A DNA stretch of 64,000 nucleotides, taken from the NCBI GenBank assembly GCA_039621445.1, contig CP154954.1:9116634-9180633 (forward strand), given 5' to 3'. The position numbers and the translations under genes are program-made. Positions within the stretch are counted from its first letter, which is position 1. Each line of letters starts with the position of its first letter. Of this stretch, positions 10,701 to 20,751 are shown piece by piece. Source of the stretch: Euglena gracilis. Lineage: Eukaryota. The notes beneath the pieces are model-generated. The model worked only from the letters and a program-made list of their open reading frames with translations. It was not told the origin of the DNA and did no database searches.

Positions 10701-13700
10701 TGCGCTCCGCGGCCTTCTCCTCTCGGATCTGCTGCTCCATCTCCTCGGCGTCCGCTGCCGTCCCGTGCCAGCAGGAGTCTCTGTACTCCTGGCTGGCCGG
10801 GTACGCCCACCGCGACAGCGCGTCCCCCACCTCGTTCTTCTCCCCCGGCACGTACACCACCTCCACCATGTGCTCGTTGAGCTTGGAGTGCCACCTCGCC
10901 CGCCGGCCCTGCGGTCCCGCTCCTCGGGCGACGTGCTCCTTGTACCAGCTCTCCAAGGACCGGTGGTCCGTCAGCACCAGGACCTTCTGCCCGGTGATGT
11001 AGCCGCCCACTTGTCCAGCGCGCTCACCACCGCGTACGTCTCCTTGTCCCGGGTGTCCCACCGCAGCCGCTGCCCCTCCGTCAGCTTCCTGCTCATGAAG
11101 CCCACCGCCACCGACGCCCCGGGCTTCAGGAGCTCCTCCACCGATGGGATGCCCTCCACCTTCGGCAGCTGCTCCAGCACGGCGCCCACCGCGTAATCGG
11201 AGGCGTCCGTGCGGAGCACGAACGGCTTGTTCATGTCCACGTGCCACAGCTCCAGGTCCGCCACCAGCGCTGCCTTCAGCTTCTCGAACGCCTCCAGCTC
11301 GGCCGCGGACCACACGATGGGGTGCTTGCTGCCCGCCCGGGACAAATCCCGCGGTAGCTTCAGCTTCTCCTGCAGGGGGGCGGCCAGCTCCGAGTACATA
11401 CGTACATACCCCGAATAATAATTGCAGAGGCCGAGAAAGGCGCGCAAACTCGTCACATTGGCCGGGGGTTGCCACCGCTGCACCGCCGCCAGCTTGCCGC
11501 TCGCGGGCACGCGCTTGCCCTCCCCCAGCACGTGCCCCACGAACTCCGCCCTCTTGCGGAACAGCTGCGCCTTCTTCTTGTCCGCCACCCACCGATCCGC
11601 CTCCAGCGCCCGCAGGGTCTCCCGCAGATCCCCCGCGTGCCGCCTGATCAGCTCCTCGTCGCTCCACCCCGGCAGCCGCCTCGTGCTCACCAGGATGTCG
11701 TCGAAGTAGGGGTGGGTGTGGGCGGAGACGTTGCGGCAGGTCGCGTCGATGTCCCTCTGGAGCAGCGCCGGACCGACGTTGATGCCCTGGGGCACCACGG
11801 TCTACTGCCAGAGGCCGCCGGGCAGGTGGATGTTGGTGATGGGTCGGCTTTCCTCCGCCATGGCCACCTGGTGGAAGGCGTCCCGCAGGTCCACCGTCGA
11901 GAAGATCTCGCACTTCGCCTGCTCGCTCACGATGTCCTCCGTCAGCGGTAGGGGGTAGGAGTCACTCTGCAGCATCTTGTTGGTCAAGCTGTAGTCGCAC
12001 ACCAGCCTCCACTTGCCCGACTTCTTGCGGATGGGGAAGGCGGCCGCCCTCCACGGCCCCCGCCCCGCCTCCAGCTTGCCGTCCGCCAGGCACTCCCGCT
12101 CCATCTCCCTCAGGGCCTCCAGCCGCTCGCCCTTGAGGTTGATGATCCGGCCCACCACTGGGGTTGCTCCCGGCTTCAGCTCAGCACTGCCTTCCCATGG
12201 GTGCCCCGCGCCGGGGGACACGGCCAGACCCGCTCACGGAACACCCGGCCTTCGAACTCGTTGATGATCTCGTCCCGCAGCTGCCGCGCCAAGGGATGGT
12301 CGACATCATCTTCCGTCTCCACCACCCCTCGCACCGCCTTCGCCGCTTCTTCGGCCTCCTTCAGCATCATCGCCACTTCTCGGACTGCTGCCTCGTCCGT
12401 GGTCAGCTGCCGCATCTTCTTCACCGTGGAGAGGTAGCCGTCCAGCTCGTCTTCGTCTTCATCATCATCTTCCTCCTTCTTCTCTTCGTCTCCACGCCGC
12501 CTCAGGATCCACTTGGGGTCCGCGTGGAGCTGCAAGGTGTCGTGCCATGCCTCGATATCCTGCCGGTCCTCCCGGCGCCATCGATACCCCAGTATCAGAT
12601 CCGTGCTGAGGCAGCCGTCGTACGCCACCACCTTCGTCGTCCACGTCCTCGGTCTCCGCTCCGTCGTCGGTCTGGGCCGCGAAGGACAGCTTCAGCTCTG
12701 CTTCTCGTTGTCCTCCGGGTAGTGCTTCTCCGCTCACCGTGCGCAGCACCAAGGGTCTTGTTGCCGCGTGGAACACCGACTCCGGGAACAGCTCCTTCTT
12801 CACAAGGGAGGTCTGCGCCCCCGTATCGATCAAGGCCTTCGCCTGGATCTTCATCCCGCCTGCCTCCACCTCCACGTCCATCAGCAGCTGGTAGCACCCC
12901 CCACGGTGCTCCATCCGGCCGACCGTGAACGGCCGGTTCGGGAGGTGCTGCCACGGTCGCACCACCACCTTCCGCACCTTCTTCGCCTCCTCCGCCGCCG
13001 CCACTTCTTCCCGTGCCTTCTCCCCCAGGCACAGGTACCGCACCACTCCCTCCGGGATGCGGTAGGCCTCCTCCCTTGTGCACCTGCGCTCGCCACCACT
13101 GCCTCCCAGCTGTAGCCGATGTCGTCGTACGCCGTCTGGTCCTTCCACCATGCTGCCGCACTTCCCACCACAGATGACGTCGTCCAGCTCCTTCGCCATC
13201 GCGTCGCTGACCCAGAAGCGGGTCGGATTGCGATACCCGTACTCCGCGAAGCGGCAGTAGTCGATATCCACGTACCGCACTCCGCGCAGGACTCGTCGCC
13301 ACCGCAGCAAGCCGAACCTCGGGTTTTCAATCCACCAGCGCGTAGGCGCCAAGTACTCCACCAGCTCCCTCGTGGCCTTCACCACCGCGTCCGCCATGCG
13401 GAGCCTCCTCTTGCGGGTGGTGAGGGCTGCGGAGTACTCGGTACAGGGCGGGGACGCCGCGATGACCTCGAAGTAGCCGGGAGCGTACTGTTCCCAGTAC
13501 CTCCACTTCCTCACGTCGGCCACGATGTCCGGCTTCCACTTCTCGTCCCAGTCCACGCTGATCACCTTGAAGCCCATCTTCTCCAGCGCTCTTCTGACAC
13601 TGCCCGTTCCGGAGAACAGGTCCAGCGCCCATCTTTCCTTCTCTTCCTTCGCCGCCTTCTTCACCGGCTCTTTCTTCTCCTTCTTTGCCGGTGCTTTCTT

Positions 13701-14165
13701 CACCTCCTTCGCCGGTGCTTGTCTTTCTTGTGGTGGTGTCTTGTGGAGACTTGGTGATGCCTTCGGTGATGATGTTGTCGGTGTTGTTGATGGCGATGAC
13801 GTGGATCTTGGTAGACTCGATCTCGATGCGGTCTTCGTTGCCGATGCCGTCGGCGTTGATGAGGTCGATGATGTCTTCGTTGCCGATGTCGTCGGCGTTG
13901 ATGAGGACGATGATGTCACCTTCGCCTTCGGCACGCTCGGTGATGTTGATGGGGACGATGGTGTCGGCTTCGCCTTCGACACCTGCCGCAGGCAGGGTCT
14001 CTCCCCTTCCTTTGGAGACTTCCTGCCTCTTCTCTTTCTTTGGACCAGCCGCCATCCTTCTTCTTCATACTCCACTGCTCTTACCAGCCTCGTCCCTGGT
14101 GCGGATGTCGGCTGGGGGGTTGACTGCCGGTCCAGGCCCTTCCCCTCGGGACCTGGACGGCCCCG
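7754..14165 (-). CDS. pol: Pol of element A: C5 DNA methyltransferase - protease - RT - RNase H - integrase - chromodomain (a few frameshifts and one stop)
   Basis: LDLFSGTG / SPPC / IENP (MTase); LIDTGAQ (PR); VDLRDAFHQ and YFDD (RT); RTDASD, DKETYA, LTDH (RH); HHCC plus SVDLF / TSDRG / RAE (IN); WEVEAVV..FLVKWLGY..TWEP (chromo). Breaks near 12650, 12210, 11802 and 11005. Confidence 0.93.
8640..8765 (-). other. Chromodomain at the integrase C-terminus (element A)
   Basis: EWEVEAVVTHRRDANGDLEFLVKWLGYEEKTWEPLRHF fits the chromodomain consensus (Y/W-EVE-I..YLVKW-GY..TWEP). Confidence 0.88.
13030..13631 (-). other. C5 cytosine methyltransferase domain in Pol A (N-terminal to the protease)
   Basis: Motif I WALDLFSGTGS, motif II SVDWD, catalytic motif IV ASPPCTEYS, motif VI WWIENP, motif VIII-like YRNPTRFW, C-terminal YRIP. 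Frame is uninterrupted. Confidence 0.9.
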
Positions 14166-17100
14166 TCATTGCTGCGTCGATGTCGTCCCGGCCGCTTCTC
14201 CTTTGCCGGAACCTTTCTCGCCGCCTTTGCCTTTCCCCTTACCCTTGCCTTTGCCTTTTCCACCATCTTTCCCCTTGCCTTCGCCTTTGCCGGTCCATCC
14301 TTCATTCCACGGCTGCTGATTGCCTTTGCCTCGGCCAGCCCAGCCTTGGGCATCGTTGGAGTCCTTGGTCTCGTCCACCTTCTTCGCTTCACCTTCCTTT
14401 TCTTTCTTCACCGCTTCCTTCTTCACTTCCTTGATGTTGGACTCCTCCTGGACTCCTTGATTGGCCTTGGTGTCGGTCTCGTCATCTTCATCTTCGACAT
14501 CCACTTCCCGCTGCCATCTTGTGGGTGCCGCCGGTTTGCGGTGGGCCGGCTCGGGATCGCCCATGGTGGCGGCCCGCTGGTCCACCCTCAGCCACCGCAC
14601 CATGAGGTCGTTGACTTGGGTGGCGGTGAACTCCACGGTGTCCGGGGCCACCCGGACGATGGCTCCACCAGACAGCTTCTGCCGGTCGTACACCGCCTTG
14701 ATGGCCGCCCGGTGGTCATCGTCCGCCGGGACCACCTTGATTCTTCTGCCTTGGCGATCCACTTTCTTCGGCACGACGCCCGTCTCCTCCACCACCATCT
14801 CCGTCGCCTCCGCCACCGTCACATCCTCCGGTAGGCCTTCCAGGACCAGCGCAGCGTGATCACGGCGCCGATCCTCTTCATGGGCCAGCCGCTTCCTCCA
14901 TGGCTGGCCCAGCTGGTCCACCACCAGGCGGGCTAGCTCCACGTCCGTCATGTCCCCGATCTTCATCGCCAGCGCCTTGGCGTTGGCGAAGTACTCCCGC
15001 CACTCGCGCTCCGTCAGCTTGCCCCGCGTCACCACCTTGAGGTGACGGAGCTTCCTTCGTAGTGCTTCTCGGTCGTCTCCACCCAGCTCGAGGTCCAGCC
15101 TCGCCCACAGCTCCTCGAACGGCATCTCCGGGTAGGTCTCCACCATCAGGTCGATGTGCAACGCCGTCGCCTCGTCCACCGTACTCCGCAGCAGCGCCAC
15201 CCGCTGCGCCTCGCTGAGGAGGGGGACCATCCCCTCCACCTCGCGGAGGTACGGGAGCCACCGCCGCCTCCATTGGGGCCAGTCCTCGGCGTTACCCGAG
15301 AACCGGCCCGGATGCCTCCCCCCGAGCGCATCCAGGAGGTGCGGTGGCAGGATCTGCAGCTGGGGAGCCCCCAGGGTGGTTGCTTGGACTTCTCGGATGG
15401 CGGTTCCCCTCACGGGTGCGGGCACACTCGCCCCGGCACGCATGAGGAGCATCGGTGCTGCATTCGTCGGCACCGGGCGGGATCGCACGAGCCGCAGCTC
15501 CGGTCGGAGCCGCGACGCGGGCGGATTGGCTGGGTCCGCTGGTGTGGCCGCAGTCGCAGCCGGCACCGCAGACTGCATCACCGGCGGGGGCCCGCCGGCA
15601 GGGTGGGCTGATGGCTGCATGGCTGGCTGGGGAGACACCCCGGTGGCGAACGCCACCGCGGGGGTCTGATGCATGGCATGCGATGGGTTGGGATGGACGG
15701 CTTGCTGGTACACCGTGCCTTCGGCACACTGCGGTTCAGTGCCTTCGGCACCCAGGGGCTGGCTTGACACGGGCACAGAGACTTGGGAGACGGGTCGGAC
15801 TTGGACTCGGACAGACTGGGCAGCAGCCACCGGCACCGAAACCGGTGCTGACGGCTTGGACAGGGCGGTGGTTGCGGCTTGCGGGTGTGATGCCGGATGC
15901 TGCGCTGCTCGGTGCGCTGGTGGGGCGGCGGTGCTGGCGGGTCGCGATGCCGGTGCAGACGGATGCGACGACAGCGCGGACTGCTGCACTTGCGCGCGGG
16001 ACGGTTGCGGATGGGATGGTGCACGTTGGGCCGCGGAGGACGACGATTGGCGCTGGGACACGGACAGCGGCTCTGCTCGGATGACTGCGGCGGTGCTCGA
16101 TCGGCGGGGGAATGCATACGCGGATTGCGGCATGGATATCCCTTCCCTTGCCGGGCGCGCGGTTGTTGACGATGAGGACCGCTCAGCCGGGGCTCGGGCC
16201 GCCCCCGCCGATGCAGGCTGGGGGGCGGATTGGTAGGGATCGGCTGCCCCTCGGGTTGGCGGCGTGGTCTGAGCCGCCGAGGACACCGGGGGTCCCCCGG
16301 CTGGGCGGAGACCGGACATCTTGACATTCCACTGCTTGATCTCCTCCTTTGCCATCTGAATGTCCCTGAACAGCGCCGTCACCACTTGGTCCACTTCCCG
16401 GAGGGCCTTCTCCAAGTACACCCTGCACTTGCCCTCCAACTCCACGGATATCCGGTCGGCCAGCTTGTTGAAATATTGCACCTGCAACGCCGGGATCTCG
16501 GTCTTGGAGTTGAGCTCCATCCGCTGCAGTCGCTCCTCCATCTGCCGCACCACCGTGGCGATCTCCTCCCGCGTCACCATGGCTCCCCGGAGACGGGCCA
16601 CCTCCACTGCCGTTTCCGGGTCCACCACCCGGGCCGCACCCTCGCCGGGGCCGGCACGCACCATCGCCGTCAAGCCTTGCACCTCTGCCTCGCGGCATCG
16701 GTGCTCAGCCTGCACGGCGGCGATTGCTTGGGCCGCCTCATCCGCCGCCTTTCGGGCGGCCGCCTTGGCTTGCGCCACTTGGCCCTCGAGCCGTCCGTGC
16801 TGGGCTTGGATGGTCTCCATGAACTGCGCGATGACCTTGCCTTGCCCCTCCGCCACTTGCCGATAGGCCGCCGCGGACGCATCCTTCGTGGCCTTGATCT
16901 CCTTGTCCATCTCCTCCAGCGCCGCGGTGGGCCAGTCATCCCACATCTCCCGGGTGCCGTTGCCCAGGAGGTCGAGCTGGGCCACCACGTGCCCGAGACT
17001 CGCCTCCACGCCGCGGACTTGGGCGCCCACGGCGTCGATGCGGCTCGTCAGCCACACCGCCACCTCCTCCGACACCCCGGGATACTCGTCCTGCATGGGC

Positions 17101-17294
17101 TGGTCTTGTATCGGGACTTCATCCCCGGCACCCATCTCCTCTTGGTACATCTCGGGGGCCATATCTTCCTCGTATCCCTCACCTGCGGGCTCAGCCTCGT
17201 TGTACATCTCGAGGGTCTGCTCGTACGTCTCCTCTGCCTGGTCATACTCCACACCCGTCGCGTCCTCGTCCATCTCGTCCACGATCCTTGCCAT
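14166..17294 (-). CDS. gag: Gag-like ORF1 of element A (~1040 aa, coiled-coil-like N-terminus)
   Basis: Long intact ORF downstream of the PBS and upstream of pol. Capsid-like FSGNAEDWPQWRRRW motif; basic GK-rich C-terminus. Confidence 0.82.
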   Translation of the reverse strand: MARIVDEMDEDATGVEYDQAEETYEQTLEMYNEAEPAGEGYEEDMAPEMYQEEMGAGDEVPIQDQPMQDEYPGVSEEVAVWLTSRIDAVGAQVRGVEASLGHVVAQLDLLGNGTREMWDDWPTAALEEMDKEIKATKDASAAAYRQVAEGQGKVIAQFMETIQAQHGRLEGQVAQAKAAARKAADEAAQAIAAVQAEHRCREAEVQGLTAMVRAGPGEGAARVVDPETAVEVARLRGAMVTREEIATVVRQMEERLQRMELNSKTEIPALQVQYFNKLADRISVELEGKCRVYLEKALREVDQVVTALFRDIQMAKEEIKQWNVKMSGLRPAGGPPVSSAAQTTPPTRGAADPYQSAPQPASAGAARAPAERSSSSTTARPAREGISMPQSAYAFPRRSSTAAVIRAEPLSVSQRQSSSSAAQRAPSHPQPSRAQVQQSALSSHPSAPASRPASTAAPPAHRAAQHPASHPQAATTALSKPSAPVSVPVAAAQSVRVQVRPVSQVSVPVSSQPLGAEGTEPQCAEGTVYQQAVHPNPSHAMHQTPAVAFATGVSPQPAMQPSAHPAGGPPPVMQSAVPAATAATPADPANPPASRLRPELRLVRSRPVPTNAAPMLLMRAGASVPAPVRGTAIREVQATTLGAPQLQILPPHLLDALGGRHPGRFSGNAEDWPQWRRRWLPYLREVEGMVPLLSEAQRVALLRSTVDEATALHIDLMVETYPEMPFEELWARLDLELGGDDREALRRKLRHLKVVTRGKLTEREWREYFANAKALAMKIGDMTDVELARLVVDQLGQPWRKRLAHEEDRRRDHAALVLEGLPEDVTVAEATEMVVEETGVVPKKVDRQGRRIKVVPADDDHRAAIKAVYDRQKLSGGAIVRVAPDTVEFTATQVNDLMVRWLRVDQRAATMGDPEPAHRKPAAPTRWQREVDVEDEDDETDTKANQGVQEESNIKEVKKEAVKKEKEGEAKKVDETKDSNDAQGWAGRGKGNQQPWNEGWTGKGEGKGKDGGKGKGKGKGKGKGGEKGSGKGEAAGTTSTQQ

Positions 17295-18025
17295 CTTGAG
17301 CGGCCGGTGGGACGATGAGGCTTCAGAAAAGGGGGTTCGTTCCCCCCACACCCTTTGATCCCCCTTGCGGCTCCCTCTGGGGGTGGTGGTGGGGGAGAAC
17401 AGCAGTGCCCCCGCCGCGGCCAGCAGCGGGAAGCGGGCCCGCAGCGGGGTGGCGTCCCGCGGGGACTCCAGCTCCGGCAGCTGGAGCGGCACCAGCGCGA
17501 ACGCCGCCGCGGACGCCGCCGCGGATGCCGCCGCGGACCCCGCCGCGGACGCCGCCGCGGACGCCGCCGCGGATGCCTGCTCGCGCCTGGGACGGCCCGC
17601 CTCGGACGCCGGACGCGGACAGCCGCCGGCGACCTCCCCTTGGACGGCGTGGCTGCTGGGGTGGTGCGCAAGGACTGGGACAGGTACGAGGGTGGGGATG
17701 GGGTGGACAGGATGGGGAATGTGAGCTGGAGTGGGAATGGGAGCTGGGGGTTTGGGCTGAATGGGAGCTGGGGGTTTGGGCTTATCGCCTTTTCTTGAGC
17801 GGGGCTAGGCGGGGAAATGGGGGATTCTTTTTCTGCTGTGCACGCTGAGGGGGACTGAGCAGCGGCATGCGTGTGCGGGGGATTGGGATTGGGTATGGGG
17901 CGGTCTTTTTCATGTTGGGGAGTCCCATGGTGGGGGACACCCACCACCGGGGCGGGGTGAGCCTGGGGAGCCGGATCCATCTTGTCGGTGTGGTTTGTTC
18001 CCAGGAAATTTTGTTCTGTGAAAAA

Positions 18026-18037
18026 CCTCTGCTACCA
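18026..18037 (-). promoter_or_regulatory. Primer-binding site (initiator tRNA-Met type) of element A
   Basis: TGGTAGCAGAGG immediately after the 5' LTR and overlapping it by 1 nt. Complementary to the 3' end of eukaryotic tRNAi-Met. Confidence 0.88.
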
Positions 18038-18676
18038 GTTTCCCGAACGATTTTGTTTTTGCCCAGCCTTCACTCCCGGGGGTCCGTGAGGGGGTACCGG
18101 CGGGGTGGGGGGTAGGCGCGATGGGCTCTGGGGAGAGGGGTAGGTTCGGGATACTCCCCTTCCCACGTAGGATTTTTTCCCGGGGACCGAAGGCCCTCCT
18201 TTTTGGGGAGTGGTTGGAGGGGGGAGTCCGGCTTGGCGTCCCTTCCGGCATTGGGGGGGGGGTTTAGGAAAAGGCCTGGTTACCCTCCCCTAGGCTTCAG
18301 ATACCCCAGCACCAACACCTTTTTGGCTTGTACTGTTCTCCTGCGCCAGCAGATAACCAATCTTTTGTAATCTTTTGCTTGCTCCGCCCTTGGATTTTTG
18401 ACTTTCTTGAACTTTTGCACTTCCTTGGCTCCAGTGCCTTTCTTTGAATTGCCTTGAAAATCCTTGAAAATTGATATAATTTGACCTTGGTCTTGATTCA
18501 GCAGGCACAATCTTGAATTGAAACCATGGGTAAAAAGAGGGAGCCTGCAGTGAAAAACAGAACAGTTGGAGGTGCGGTTTGCGCTATTCTGATGCTGAAT
18601 TAGCGCAGTGGTTCGCTATATACAACAGCAGGCTGCTATAGTGGCAATGGAAGGTGCAGCGGCCGGTCCGCCAACT
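18037..18676 (-). repeat. 5' LTR of element A
   Basis: Near-identical to 4758-5395; followed by the PBS on the minus strand. Confidence 0.95.
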
Positions 18677-19489
18677 CGTGTACCTTGTTTTTGTGGCTCA
18701 TTTTCTTTCGGGTTTCATTCTGATTTTTTCTGATTTCTTCAATTTTTTTTGTTCAATTTCCATTTTTTTTGAGGGTCCGACTAATGTCGCAAGGGAGGGG
18801 TTGTCGACTGTCGGGGGCGTCCGACAGTCAAAAATGGTAAGGCGGAAGCTTTGAAAACACGGAATTTTTCATTCCGCGCATTCAATTAGAAAAGACTAAT
18901 TTGGGGTTCAAATTTAACACAATTTGCTTCCGCAGACCTTTGTGCGTTTTTTTTGACATTGGCATCAATCAACAATCGAATTGGAGAATCGAAATCAAGA
19001 GAAGGTACATTGTTTGCAAGAATTGTCAATTTCAGGTCCCTCTTCCCAGTTTCACGGTGTGTGCGTGTTTCTGTTGCCTTTTACCACCATCCATTGCCAC
19101 AAAACACCCACCCTGACCATTTCCAGTGTTTTCGCATACTTAAGAAAAGGTGGGTGAAATGGCTACGTGGGGACTGAAATTTGGGACTACATTTTTGAAG
19201 GAACGGAATTTTGACTTTGTGCAAGATTTCAGGGGGAAAGCAAATTCGATCCTACGCACACCCCTCTGGTCGGGGGGTACACCAGTGGGCGAAACGGGGG
19301 GTGGCCTGAGCCCTCCACCACCCGGAAAAACACTGGCAACGGCAGCCTCAAGGGTGGGTGTAGGGGACGAGGCAGCCGGCCGGGGGGCTGGGGTCTCGGG
19401 TCCGACACTCGCAGGGGGGGCGCCGGGTGTGAACATTGGTCAGTTGTGGCTTCAGGGGGGGTATCCCCATTTTGTCCAAAATACCCCAT

Positions 19490-19935
19490 AATAATCCAAA
19501 GAAAATTTGATAACGCTTTAAACTGGGGTTTCTCCTAAGGAAATTGTGAACCGATTTATTCTGTATTTGTTTCCCCTCCAATATTTTCCTGAGCAAATCA
19601 TGCAAAGGAGGGGCCACCTGGGGTGTGGCATTTTCTCCCCCCTGCAATTGGTGAACGTGCCCTTGTAGGGGCTTATTTTCAGGCAGGGGGTTCCTGGCAC
19701 TTTCATCTTTATTAATTGGGGCCACCATGTGGCTGAATACGAAATGGGGGTGACAAATAAAACTTTAGACTGGGGAAACATTCTCAAGCGTCGGAGAAAT
19801 TTCTGAATGATTGACCAAGGGGGGTTTGCATAAAGTCCCCCCGTGTGGACATGTGGCCATGTGGACATGTGGACATCCCATGTGGACATGTGGACATAAA
19901 GTCCCAGGGGACATTGGAGGGCATCCACTGCCCTG
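19490..19935 (-). pseudogene. Remnant of a second, diverged DIRS family (methyltransferase-like domain)
   Basis: GLYANPPWSIIQ..WWPQL..FTNCRGEKMPHPRWPLLCMICSGKY aligns by eye with the DIRS MT C-terminus at 40140-40390. Confidence 0.8.
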
Positions 19936-20169
19936 GCCTCACAGTGGGACCATCTGGCTACAAAATTGGGCAGTTTTTTGTTGCCTGGGGAGGCAAATAA
20001 AAAATTGGTTCGGCTCAAAACAAGAATGTTGAGGGGGACGAAAACTCGGGGAGGAGCAAAGAAATTCGGGGAGGACAGACAACTTCGTACTCCCTCGAGG
20101 AAAACCGACAAGGGAGGAAGGGACACCGAGGGCGAAGCACAAAGACCTTGTGACCCGAGGTGTCTCTGT

Positions 20170-20600
20170 TGAAAACGCAGATTGGGTTGGCAAATGGGGA
20201 GGAAAAAAACAGCCAGAATTTTGATTGACACAGGAGCTGAGGCAAACCTCATTCGACAAAGGTCGATAGGGGACCACCCAATGTATCATGCCAAGAACCC
20301 GTTAAGGTTTGAAACTGCCAAAGGGCAAACGTTGGCGGGGGGTGAGCAGATGTGTTAAGGTGAAAATGATCCTTCAACAAAACTTGAATGAGGAAAGGGT
20401 CGGTGTGTCGGTGGGGTATGAAGTTGAGTTTTATGAGGCAAATACCAAAGTTGATGCAATTCTTTCTTATCCTTGGTTGGCGGAGGCAAAACTGGGAGTT
20501 TTTCCACACCACAAGGCGTTGGTGAAAGACAGCCCCGACCTGATTTTTTTTCGCGGTGAAGAAAGACGGAGGAATCCGCAAAAATTCCGGATGAGACAAA
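20170..20600 (+). pseudogene. Gypsy aspartic protease remnant related to 43-783
   Basis: ILIDTGAEANLI ... GYEVEFYEANTKVDAILSYPWL..GVFPHHKALV, frameshifted. Confidence 0.85.
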
Positions 20601-20751
20601 TTTTTCGGTGGACAATGCGACTGCGGAGGACGGGCCTTCGTTTGGGTTGAAAAAACGTGGTCGTTGTTTGCCATTGGAGGGGTTTGGCCAGGAACTGCAA
20701 TTTTTGAGTGATGAGGACCAAAGGGAGGTTGCCACAACTTTGGAGGGAAGT

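Larger units (their letters stand above)
4758..18676 (-). mobile_element. Full-length Ty3/Gypsy LTR retrotransposon A (chromodomain integrase, C5-MTase in Pol)
   Basis: ~640-bp direct repeats at 4758-5395 and 18037-18676, 4-bp TSD CGTG (4754-4757, 18677-18680), PBS and PPT adjacent to the LTRs, gag and pol on the minus strand. Confidence 0.96.

Noticed and set aside
13030-13631. Bacterial restriction-modification contamination
   Set aside because: Both MTases are in frame with retrotransposon Pol, inside LTR- and TSD-bounded elements, with no partner endonuclease.
8175-17358. Long + strand ORFs opposite element A
   Set aside because: Antisense shadows of GC-rich gag and pol codons.
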